The translations under genes were made by a program, and so were the position numbers. A stretch of 64,000 nt of DNA from Eledone cirrhosa (lineage: Eukaryota). The notes beneath the pieces are model-generated. The model saw only the letters and a list, made by a program, of their open reading frames with translations. It was not told the origin of the DNA and did not search any database. Shown piece by piece: positions 12,500-24,236 of the stretch; the stretch's first letter is position 1; every line of letters starts with the position of its first letter. Where the stretch lies: assembly GCA_964016885.1 (NCBI GenBank), contig OZ024741.1, positions 351,168,001 to 351,232,000 on the forward strand, given 5' to 3'.

Positions 12500-13612
12500 G
12501 GTCCATACCATACCTTATATTGAATGGCTTGTGAAAGCAGTGCAAGCCATATACAGAGGTGCTGTCAGTCAGGTGAGAGTAGGTAATAAGTTTAATGAAG
12601 AACTCAATGTGCAAGTAAATGTTCATCAGAGATTAGTCTTCTGCACACTTCCGTTTATTATAGTTTTCCAGGCCATAACAGAGGGGTTTAAGACAGGCTG
12701 TCCATTGAAACTTCTGTATGCCGAAAACCTGGTTCCTATAGCCAAGGCTGAGGGCTTTGGAATTAAAAATTAGAATCAAAAGAGCTTAGAGTAAACTTGG
12801 GAAAAACCGAAGTTTTGGTAAGAAGGAGAGAAGACACGACGCTGATCTAATCAGGGAAGTGGCTTTGCTCAATAAGGGAGTAGGTAGAAACTTTATATAA
12901 TGTGCACAATGTAAATTTGGGGCACACAAGTGGTATAGTGGGACAACAAGCAAGCTAACAGAAAAGTTAAACGTGTATGTTGCAGATGTACAGGGATAGT
13001 TGGTAGTAAGAGCAATAGTGAAATAAACTTTTTCCAATCCCATAGAAGTAGTTGATAGCTTTTATTACCTAGGTGATCAACAGTGGAGGAGGTTCCACTG
13101 AGAGCATAATAGCTAAATAAGAACAGAATGAAAATAGTTCAGGGAGCTGCTACCTTTGTTGACAACAAAAGGTTTCTCTCTATAGAAAAGCTAGCTGTAT
13201 CATGTCTATGTGCGAAGTTGCATGGCAGTGAGATATGGGCAGTAAATGCAGAGGATATGTGAAGTGAACATGCTCTGACGGTTATGCAATGCTAATGGGC
13301 AGGCAGAACAAAGCATGAATGAGCTAAGAGAAAAGCTGGGTATAAGAGAAATCAGATGTAATGTACAGGAGAAGACTGTGCTAGTAATGGCCATGTGATG
13401 CGCATGGATGATGATAGAGGTAAAGCAGCATGAAATTCCAGTGGAAGGAAGATGTAGTAAGAGACCAAGGAAGATGTGGAAAGAGAGCCAATCTCAAATC
13501 GCTGAAATTCAAGAGATGGCGATAGACCGCAACGAGTAAAAGGATGTAGTGCTGGAAGAGAGTTAGCCAACACATACATGCAAGCATGGAAAAAAGCACG
13601 TAAAACGATGTA
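12500..13612 (+). mobile_element. Decayed RTE LINE (same family as 51553-54333)
   Basis: EWLVKAVQAIYRGAVSQVRV..FIIVFQAITEGFKTGCPLKLLYA with many frameshifts. Confidence 0.85.
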
Positions 13613-13764
13613 TATATATATATATCATCATCACCATCAACGTCTGAGGTGTACGCATACTAGGGTCGGTAACTGACTAAATCCGTTCAAGACGGTTCAC
13701 CAAGCATAGTCGCAGTCGAATGAATGAAACGAGTGGCGGAGTAACAGAAAATTAGTTTACTTAC

Positions 13765-13960
13765 GGTTGTAATTGAAAATTCTGTTTATTTTCAAGTGAC
13801 GACTTTAAAAAAATAAATATTGAGTTTTATTCATCAATTAGAATGTTTTTTTTTCTTCGACAAGGTTAAATAACAATTTCTTCTAAAATAAGAGAAATGA
13901 TTCCATTGTTGGTGGACGACACAAGTAGAAATGTAAAAGTTTCCTTTCGCTTTCCTGGAA
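13765..13960 (-). promoter_or_regulatory. Probable non-coding first exon / promoter of the ARM-Schlafen gene
   Basis: Strong minus-strand donor (gtaagt) just below 13765 in non-repeat sequence with GGAAA motifs; the ATG exon has its own upstream acceptor, so a 5'UTR exon is required. TSS not determinable. Confidence 0.45.
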
Positions 13961-13979
13961 ATTAAGAAGGGGACATAAT

Positions 13980-14165
13980 TGTTTCTACGTTTGGCACAAG
14001 GCCAGAAATTACCCAGAGCATTACTGGTACTTTATTTTATCGACCCCGTAAGGATGAAAGGCAAAGTTAACCTCGGCGGGATTTGAACTCAGAATGGCAT
14101 GGCCGTAACTCTATACGTCAAAGCATAGCGTCCGACCCTCTACCGATACTGCCAATCCACCGCCC
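13980..14165 (-). mobile_element. tRNA-derived SINE with 16-bp TSD. Other copies near 9229-9334, 16744-16927, 17118-17298, 26960-27515 (three), 32355-32557, 41495-41680, 47312-47411, 49655-49770, 56667-56875, 59100-59310
   Basis: A-box-like TGGCAGTATCGG, B-box GTTCAAATCCC, central GCCTTTCATCCTTACGGGGTCGATAAA, (ATT)n tail; TSD aagaaggggacataat at 13964-13979 and 14166-14181. Confidence 0.9.
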
Positions 14166-14607
14166 AAGAAGGGGACATAATACCGACTTATTCAATGCAA
14201 GTTATTTCCCCTTGATGTGGTTTAGGGAAACGATTGAATTATATAATGAATTGGTGTTCCAGTTAAAAATTCAAACCAATGCCTATTACAGGTACTCATT
14301 ACAATACCCAAGGCCGATTCCTGGGTATTTCGGTTAACAATTTATAGATTGGCAAGTTAACGAATCTAGTTACTGATATATATATATTTACATTTCTTGT
14401 TCTGGCCACGCTAAAAATATAAGCCTACATTTTCTATTACACAGCCCACACCAAATCCTCAGACAGGCCATATCATACGACCCTCTCAACCGCTTTACGC
14501 AGCAAAGATGCTTAAGAATTGATTGCAGGGAATTATTATAAATTTAATTATACAGACTGTGCATGTCTTCTTTTTTTTTTGTTTCTTCTGTAAATTATTT
14601 TAATTTT

Positions 14608-14756
14608 AATTAAAAATAGAAGCTTTCGCCGTATTTTTGACTAAAGAAATTTTAGCCTGATAGTAGGGTTTAGAACCCTCTTGACGTACATCTTTTTCCA
14701 CTATCAGGCTAAAATTTCTTTAGTCAAAATTACGGCGAAAGCTTCTATTTCTAATT
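14608..14756. repeat. Long inverted repeat (~57-bp arms, 35-nt spacer)
   Basis: aatagaagctttcgccgta...cctgatagt / actatcagg...tacggcgaaagcttctatt, nearly perfect. Confidence 0.92.
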
Positions 14757-14867
14757 TCAAAACATACTTACTTATTTTAATTTTATTTCAATTGTATTTT
14801 TGCCCTAATAAAATGTTAGTGTATTAAAAAAAGTTACAATGATGAACTGAAAATATTCCCTCACAGT

Positions 14868-15200
14868 TAGTGACTCTTGCTTCTTCCCACACCCTGGATG
14901 CTGCGGTTAGGGCGAGAGTCACAGCTTCCGCAGCCGAACGGAACAAAATACTAAAATACCGTGATTTGTCGGCCAACTACATTTTCCAGCCTGTGGCGTT
15001 CGAGACTTTTGGGGGAGTTGGGTTACTGGCTGCGAGATTCCTATCTTCTCTGGCGGTTCGCCTAACAGAGGTAATTGGGGAAGCTCGTGAGGGCGCTTGG
15101 TTGTTCCAGCGCATTGGCCTCGCCTCAAATATTATTAGAGCGATTTCCACGTGCTCTTTGCAATACTGTTATCTTTTACTCTAGTAGCCGTTCGTTTGTC
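14868..15200 (+). mobile_element. CRE-clade LINE 3' remnant (REL endonuclease); a more decayed minus-strand copy at ~30730-31055
   Basis: AAERNKILKYRDL..YIFQPVAFETFG..EGAWLFQRIGLA. Confidence 0.8.
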
Positions 15201-15840
15201 CACCCCTTTCGCCTGCCTTTTGTCGTATGTGGTCCCAGATGTGTTTTTTTTTTCTGTTTTCCCTTTAAAAGTCATCACTTTTTAGCAAGATTGCCACTTT
15301 AGGAAGATGGAGAAGTAGAAGTGTTCCAATGGTTCAAAAAAGTATATATCAGAAGGCGTAGTTTTTCTACAAAAATTATTTATTCTTTTGATTGGTTTGA
15401 ACACGTGAACAATGTGTTAGTGAAATGAATGTTTTTTTTTTAGTAGGCTAAAAATGTAAGACAGGCACTAATTTATCCTTAATTACTGTCACTATGAAAG
15501 TTGGTCGTAGGAAGGATAATAATGTTGCATGTAAGGGATTAGATATTTGGTAAAACAAAGTTGACGGATAAATGGTATATCCCTGAAAGGCCGTCTAACG
15601 AACTACTCTCATTGTTAGAGAGAAAAATAAAAAAAACAGTGGGAAAGCTAGTTAAGAACAGTTGCATTACCAGTGTCCAAAACGCAACTACTCTCCAGTT
15701 TTTGAAATAGGCGCGTTCTACTGCTGGACGGAAATGGTCATTTGTATTCATACGTCACCAAGCACGACCAAATTACGCCACAGTGATAAAATAGTACTAT
15801 TACATCTTGCTACATCCATCTCCCTTTCCTTTATATTATA

Positions 15841-16745
15841 CTAGCAGAAAAACCGCCCTTCGAGTGGTTTTCTGCTAGTCTGTGTAGTGGGCATATTGAT
15901 ATTATACGCAAGTATATATACATGTAGATATGATACATCAAATAAAATCGTAATTGACAATATACACAGAAATTGAACGAAGACTGCGTTACACTGTCTT
16001 ATGTAATCAGTAACGTAATCCATTGACGGGAACATATGACTTTATTTAAGCGATCGTTAACCGGAAGTGTTGACATTTGAAAAGTGAATCTTAAAATAAG
16101 CGACAAAATTATTTATAATTAATCAAGAATAACGAAATTTAGAGGATAATTTATGTAATATTCATTCATTATTTATTCAAAGTAATCCAACTTATTTTAC
16201 AAACGGGATAAAAAATATATATTCTGGACGCTGTTCCGCACTCCTCCCTTTATTATAGTTTAGACTAGCAGAAAAACCACCCTTCGGGTGGTTTTCTGCT
16301 AGCATGTGTAGTGTGTATATTGATATTATACATGTAGATATGATACATCAAATAAAATCGTAATTGACAATATACATAGAAATTGAACGAAGACTGCGTT
16401 ACACTGTCTTATGTAACCAGTAACGTAATCCATGATACATTAAAAAAGACGATATTATATATAAACTGCATTAGGAGAAAATTAGTATGTTTATTTAAGC
16501 GATCGCCACCGGAAGTGTTGACATCACACACTCTCTCTTTCTATATATATGGTAGTTGAAGTGGTGGCGACGATATACCGGAAGTACAACTTTGAAAAGA
16601 AGTCAATTTTAAATTATTTATTTTTACGAAATTGAGTAGATAAATTATGTAATTATTTATTCAAAGTAATTCAACTTATTTTACAAACGGGATAACAAAA
16701 AATAAACCAAACACAATCCCGGAGATCTTCCTTTATTATAGAGGA
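15841..16745 (-). mobile_element. Head-to-tail tandem of two Helitron family A copies (15841-16264, 16265-~16745)
   Basis: Each ends in the hairpin CAGAAAACCAC..GTGGTTTTTCTG plus CTAG; junction reads CTAG|TCTAAAC on the minus strand. Confidence 0.85.
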
Positions 16746-18318
16746 TTGGCAGTATCGGTAGAGGGTCGGACGCCATGCTTTGACGCATAGAGTTACGGCC
16801 CTTGCCATTCTAAGTTCAAATCCCGTCGAGGTTAACTTTGCCTTTCATCCTTACGGGGTCGATAAAATAAAGTATGAGTAATGCACTGGGTATTTGATGG
16901 CCTTGTGCCAAAAGTATATAACAATTATAGTTTAGATTTGTTTGTACTTTTGTTCTGGCGCAGCACTTCTGCCCTTTTGCCCGAGGCCCAATCACCCTCC
17001 CTTTTCTTCTGCGACATCAGAACTCTTGCCATCCCCTCCCCGTTCTTTTTCTTCTACATTTCCCTATTCTTTCTCCCCACCCCCATTTTATTATTGCTGT
17101 CATTATAGTTTTCTTTTTGGCAGTATCGGTAGGGGTCGGACGCCATACTTTGTAGCATAGAGTTACGGCCCTTTATGGTCTGAGTTTAAATCCAGCTGAA
17201 GTTAACTTTGCCTTTCATCCTTACGGGGTCGATAAAATAAAGTACCAGTAATATACTGAGATAATTGCTGGCCTTGTGCCAAAAGTAGAAACAATTATTG
17301 TTACTGTAAATAATATCATGTTTATACAGTTTTTATCATAAATAATTTGTCCAAAATATTTGCATTATTATATCTCTTTTTATATAACTGAAAAAAAAAA
17401 ATGAGTATAACTTCCCTCAAACTTTTTCATCACTGTGACTCGGGTTCAGGTAGAACATTTTTGTTTCCTTGTTTCTTTCGTGTTTTCAACGAATCTTATC
17501 TCCAAACCTGTCGGAAAGTTTTTGTTTTTCAGATATCGGAGGGGGATATGTTTAATGTTTTATAGTTCCGTTAGATAATGCTTTCATTTATAGAATACTT
17601 TCGATTTGTGTTTCTAATAGGCTAAACAAACTCGGAAAATTGTTCATATCTTCCAATTTCATGTCAATTAATCAGGATAATGTTCATATATATTTACAGA
17701 AATGTAATGCCATTTCTACAACTATATATATATTATAAATTTGATCGGTATAATAGCAATTTATCCTTTCGAAATGTAAAATTCCATTAAATACAAAGTT
17801 ATGCTGAAAGTTAGGGACAATAAAAATGTCTGACGCAGCAGATAACACGGGCTGTTTTTCGCGACAAAACTTTAGCCATGTTGTCAACACGATGTGTCTA
17901 TGTACATGTATTGAATAGGTAAATGAAATAGAATTTGCTAGATAAATATTATAAGCCATGTCGTAATAAAGATAATGAAATTGTATCGCAACCTATTTAA
18001 CCATAGCACCTCGCAAAAATATAATTCTTCAGACCATCAAAACATTCTTTATTAAATGATAATTGTTTCTACTTTAAGCACAAGGCCAGCAATTACCAGT
18101 GCATTACTGGTACTTTATTTTATCGACATGATAATGATGGTTTGTAATATAGGCGGGAGCTAAGACACATTGGATGATGTGGTAATGGATACGCTTTGCA
18201 AAAAAAATATATAAAAATAAAGACGAACGATTAAAAGTCAACAGAAAAATAAACAACAGACGGACGGATATGAAATCAGTATAGCGTGGCACAAAATAAA
18301 CAACTACATCGTCTAAAG

Positions 18319-18456
18319 CAGTGGTTCGCAACCTTTTTTTTATTCATGGACGCCTTTTCCCTTATTTTTTTTTGGGGGGGTACCCCCCTCATAGCTATTC
18401 GACAAAAGAAAAGCTTATTCTATTTTTTGCCTGTGGACCCCGGTTGAGAACCACTG
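18319..18456. mobile_element. hAT (Charlie-like) MITE
   Basis: TIRs cagtggttcgcaacc / ggttgagaaccactg; perfect 8-bp TSD gtctaaag. Confidence 0.9.
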
Positions 18457-19589
18457 GTCTAAAGCGATAAAGGAAATAGAAAAGCACTAGAAACATGTGT
18501 AAACATACCTCATAACAAAATGTAAGACGAGTCAATTGAACCGCTACACGTTCGCTCTGCTAGAAATAGCAACCGACTTTCCTTTAAATCAGACCCTACC
18601 ACTTTAAATAAAAAGTCCTTGAATAATGTAGTCTTGGATACACTATGTATGAGGGGGAGAGGTGATTCTGGAACACAAATATTAAATTTGGGGGCTAAAC
18701 AACAACAAAACCGGAAATACTTTCATTTTCTTCCCAATGGCTGAAAAAAAAAAAGAATGACGGAACTACTCAACTAGGTAGTCACTCTATCTGCTAGGAA
18801 TGGCAGCCGAATGTCCAGTAAATGATCACACCCTACCCGTTCACAGATTGTCACACGATAACACATACAATTAACCACTGTGTATCAAAATACGTTGTAT
18901 GGTCCTTAAATAAACAGAGCATGTATAGTCAGGGGCATCCTAACTGAAACTTTCATCAAAGTTAATAGTGGTCGCAAAAAAAGACCCATGGCTGCAGTCC
19001 AGTCAACCCATCTATCAAATTAGCGGTTACATACATTTATTAATGTACACACAATAAAAAAAAAGAAACTTACCAATTAAATTATATAATGTGCAAAAGG
19101 AATAAATCAATATAAAAAAAAAAAGAATCAGAAAGGAGAGAAAGTAACATGTGCACACACTTCAACAAGGGATAAAAATATATATAAACAATAAAAGTAC
19201 TTGATAATGTTTTATGCAACATATATTCCTTTAGTATTGCATAATATTACACAATAATTTCCTCAACCCTCATCTTCCAATATTCTTTAAAAATTTCTTT
19301 TTCTTGAGACATTATGAATGCACACAATAACAACGTTTTTACATCCAATTTTTCATGCTTTATGACTTAAACAAGACTTTTTGAAGCTGAATGCTCATCT
19401 CAATGCCAACTTTTAAAGTAAGGTAGTTGTGGTAGCAGTTAGTTTGACTGCTTTCTTCAATGAACAAGTATATTTTTTCACTACCTCTTATGCTGTTAGT
19501 CACAGTATTTTAAAATTTCATTTAGAAAGGTGAACCCAGTTTAAAAATCTGGGGAAATTGTCAGTTTTGGGGGTATCATTGGTTTGGGA

Positions 19590-21545
19590 TAGCAGGTACA
19601 ATGCTTCTTCGCCCACTTATTCCTGAGAGGGTCATGGGGACAGTGTCTTCAAGCATGCTATCCAGTGGGTCCAGTCAGAAGCAACATCTCCAATTGATCT
19701 GGCTGTATCCCCAAACGAAACCAGCTGAGCTCATGGATGTTATCCAACCCTCTTTCTTGGATTTCTTGCCAGTTGGTTTTGCCCATAAAATCTGTTCAAC
19801 GATTCTTTTCCGAGACATTCTAACCACATATCTGTAATATCGGGGCTGTGATCTCTCAATAGAAGTAACATTGCTACCTGGAGCGACTCTGATCTTTGAG
19901 CTACGCACCCTATCAAGTAACATTATTCAGAAAACATGTAGGGGAACCCCATTTCAGTCGCTTGTATTCACAATCGTATTCTTTCGTTCATGACCATAGG
20001 TAAGGATAGGCATAAACACCAAATCGAAGATAGTAAATTTGGTCTACTTCCCTTCTTCTGAAGCTGGCACATTACTACTCCAGCTCCTGCAATTCTTGCA
20101 CTTAATTTAGCATCCTAACTTCCATCACTTATGAACATGGCCTCAAGATACTTGAATTTCTCCACCTGCGTCAGTGGGACTCCGCTCATGTAGAGTTCAC
20201 TGCAAGGCTTCCTTGAGAGGATGAGTGCCTCAGTTATTGCAGAACTGATTTTCATTCCTGCTGTGCAGCAAACCTATCAAGTGCATGTCAGAGATCAGTC
20301 TCTGACAAGTTAAGTAATACCATGTCATCCAAATTCCAACCAACTGATCCTACACCAGCCAGTCTTGATACCATTTCTAACCTGGCTGCACATGTCAATC
20401 CTGTCCATGAAGATTATGAATAGGAGAGGTAAGAGTATGGCCCCTTGGTGGAGTCCGACACCCACATTGAATGATTTTGACATAACACCATTTATCTGAA
20501 TACAAATACTAGAGCATTCATACAGAAACTTCAGGGCAACAAGAAGCTGTCCACCGATCCTATGCTCCTGCAGAACCTTCCAAAACAAGTCCCATGGAAT
20601 GTGATCATATGCCTTATTGAGGTCTATGAAACAAGCATACACCTCTTGGCAATACTCCCATGATTTCTCAAAGACCTGCTGCAGTGTGAATATTTGGTTA
20701 GCTGTGCTGCGACTGGGGCAAAAACCACAACGTTCATCAGTTAGTTTGGACTTGACAATCTCCCTACATCTTTTTGTCAAACACTACCAAAGGGGCTTAA
20801 CAAGATCTCTCTATCATCATCATCGACGCTAGCATGGGTTAGACGGGAGTTGTCCCACTTGAGGCAAGGTTGGTCGGGTGACCGTGTCTTGCTCATATAG
20901 GACTATCTGGCAGGTTTTCTACAGCTGGATGCCCTTCCTAACACCAACCACATTTACAATGTGGAACTGGGAACTTTTTACTGTGTTACCTACACAGCCA
21001 CATTACAGCGTGGACTGTGTGTTTTTTTGCTGTGACACCTACACAATCTCGATTTCATTATCTTATTTATTTGGACTGGATGTTGTGGTACCAACTTTAC
21101 AGAGAGAGGTTGGTGGGAGTGGGATGATAGGGTAAGGGTAGTGGATTGTGGTGTATATTTGGTTAAGAGGTGCCTACTGACTGTAGGTTTCGCTTTGTAC
21201 ATAGGCAAGGCAGGTCTTCTGTATTACTGAACTTTCAGAACACCTTCCGCCACTGAATTGAAACAATCTCTTTTGTCTCCCTCTTTTAAAATTGAGATTT
21301 TTCTCCCAATTGACATTGCTTAGGTGTTATTGTGACCAGGTTTAGAAGACCAGCTAAGTATTCTCTCTATCTCATGAGGATGCACCTCTCTGAAAAAAAG
21401 AACTCCAGATGTGTTCCTGATAGCAGGTGTAGAGGAGGACTTCTTATTACGAAATTGGTAGATGGTCTGCCAGAACACTTTAGTTGCTGATCTGATGGAT
21501 TCCAGTTTATCCTCAAAGTGCTCCCATGTCTTAACCTTGGACAAT
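19590..21545 (-). mobile_element. Decayed RTE-clade LINE (second family), interrupted by an RTE-3'-end repeat at ~20815-21240
   Basis: CGFCPSRSTANQIFTLQQVFEKSWEY..FIDLNKAYD..GLHQGAILLPLLFIIFMD. Confidence 0.85.
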
Positions 21546-23684
21546 GCAAATTAGAAATACAAGAGTGAAAACAAAATATCAAAACAGAACAATAGTTTAT
21601 ATTTCGAGGTTAGGAGCCCCTTTTCTAAAGAAAGGAAGTGATGTGCACAAATAAGTGTAGTCACAATAGTTAATTGGTTTCATGTAACTTATGCCTGCTG
21701 TTTATAAATGGTCTCATATTTGATATGCAAATTTCTGATGTTTCATTAGGTAGCCTTTATGGTAACTTTGAAAACTCTTGATCTTAGATTGTGATTTGAG
21801 TGAAATTTAGTTGCTGCTTTTAGCAGGTCGAGTGATCACATAGAAACTTTTTCTGTTAGCTTATTTAACCCTTTTGATAGCAAAAATGCCTCTGGTTTTA
21901 TAAAACAAAATCACCCATTTTAAAGGGTTTCTATTTAAATTAAAGCCTTCCAATGTAATTTCATATAAGAATCTTTTGTTATGTTCAATCATTACCATTT
22001 AACATCCATTTTCCCTACTAGCATGGGTCAGACGGATTTTCACATAGCAAGTCAGAGAGGTTGTTGTTCCCTTGACACAACTGGATGCCCTTCTTAATGA
22101 CAGCCACTTCACAGAGTGAACTGGGTGCATTTTTCGAGGCACTAGAGAGGATGTTATGTCATTGACTTGACTGAAGAGCCCTAATAATGAAATAATGAAT
22201 TATTTTAAATCCCTCCAAATTCTTCATTAATTAATTCAGATACATCATCATCATTATTTAATGTCCACTTTCCCTGCTAGCAAGTTTTGGATGGGTCTTC
22301 ACAGATCATATCTGTACTGAAGCCAGTCTACTGACTTCTCAGACAGGCTAGGGATTTGCATCTCACTTACATTCAGTTCCATATGCTATCATTTATTGTG
22401 CATTTTATCATGGCACCAGCAATAGAGAGGTTGTCATATCTTTCACAAAACTGGAGGGTCACAGAAATGCACAATGGAAAATCAATTGATACATTAAAAT
22501 AATATATTGATGCTGGCATGGCTGAGTGGTTAACAAATTCACTCTGCAATCATGAGGTTCTAGGTTCAATCTCACTGCTTATCTTGGGCTAGTGTGTTTA
22601 AGTGAAATTGGCTGGATAGAAACTGTATAGATGGATTGTACTTGTAATTCAAAGATCCAACTTTGTCACAATGATTTGGCTTAAGAATTATGTCAAGGGT
22701 ACACGTCTGTGGAATACTCATCCACTTCCATGTTAGTTCACATGTTGGACGTTCACTTGATTAACAACTGAATGCTTAACACTGAAACTGACAGAGGATC
22801 TACCATAGTAATTTATTCAGACTAGGCATTGTCTATTTAGTACCAGTATATTTCAGGTTCTAATTTTATTATTCCAACTCAGATCTAAGAGAAATATACT
22901 AAGTTTAATAAAACATGAAATCCATTTTGATCTACCAGAAATATCAATCAAATCTCCCCCTACTGTCTTAAAAAAGAGATTATATTATCCTAGATATGTT
23001 ACACCTTAAACAAGGATGATCGCAGTTTAAACGCCTTTGGTCATGAATCTGTTCAATATGGGCTGATCTGGTTTTAAATAACAGCAACAACATAGAAGGA
23101 ATACAAATAATTTTCACCATTAACATTTTTGAAGAATCAATAATGACGTGAACAGTTTAAGGTAAAGAAAACATTAATTCACAATGTTATTTACATCTAA
23201 ATTGCTCCATCAATTTGCCAATCTTTTTAAATTAGTTAATTTTTATAGTTAAAAAAATATAGGGCTTTAAAAAGAAAACGAAAAAATTGATTTAATTAAT
23301 TATTGTAATAAATATTAAAATATGAATTGTTACGGAGTAGCCTGTACCATGTAAGACGGATTTGCATGTCTTTCATGAGAGAATGCATGTACACACATAC
23401 AGTCTTGAAGTTCCTTTAGCTTATCTCATGAGTTGATGATGCTAGATGTGATGTAAAGTGATGAGAATTTTGGTTGTAGTCAATTGTTTATATATATATA
23501 AGTTCAGACAAGTTGAGAAAACAACTCTATGCTTGCCAAAGTAAACCTTAAGCTTGATGCAAGTTGATAATCCACAGGTGCGAAGGGTGTAAAGCATCTG
23601 GAGTTAATCCAATGAGTATGTTCCAAACACTGTATGGTTATGTTTTTCACAGGACATATATACAAAACAAAACAACCAAATTGG

Positions 23685-23908
23685 TAACTGTACATTTAAT
23701 TGACCAACATATATTTCGCTAGGCTATATACATTCCTGTAGACCAGCTCATCGGGGATCTATAAAAAAATTCAATTAAAATTAACAAGTCAGTCTTGTTA
23801 ATTTTAATTGAATTTTTCATAGACCCATATGAGCTGGTCTACAGGAACATATTGCACATTCATATGTAGTCTGACAAAACATATATTGGTCAATTAAATG
23901 TATAGTTA
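23685..23908. repeat. ~220-bp palindrome, each arm containing a degenerate hammerhead-like motif
   Basis: Arms pair around a 5-nt loop at 23789-23793. Confidence 0.85.
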
Positions 23909-23925
23909 ACAGTTTTGCTTGTTCG

Positions 23926-23926
<1 letters not shown>

Positions 23927-24012
<86 letters not shown>
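23927..24012. repeat. (TG)n(TA)n microsatellite just downstream of the TAF5 stop
   Basis: Direct reading. Confidence 0.95.
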
Positions 24013-24014
<2 letters not shown>

Positions 24015-24121
24015 TGAAAATTATTGATGTCTTTGAGTTTGTTGAAGAATGGAACGTTATTCTATTTGTTTATTTACATTTCATTTTTCTTTATTCTGCA
24101 ATTACTTTTATTCAGCGTTAC

Positions 24122-24236
24122 TTATGGCACAAATGGTCCTGTAGCTAAAAGTAGATTTCGTTGAGTAAAATGCAGGCCTAGAACAGGTGTTGATTTAGTA
24201 GGGAAGGTTCCAAGAAGTAAATTTGAGTTATCATTA
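24122..24236 (-). CDS. TAF5: TAF5 exon 19 (stop TAA)
   Basis: LLLGTFPTKSTPVLGLHFTQRNLLLATGPFVP*; AATAAA immediately downstream (~24107-24112). Confidence 0.95.

Noticed and set aside
16744-16830. tRNA gene
   Set aside because: A/B boxes belong to a multi-copy SINE head; no full cloverleaf seen
19040-19560. Possible extra exon or extended 3'UTR on the minus strand
   Set aside because: No convincing ORF or acceptor-donor pair; unsupported without RNA data
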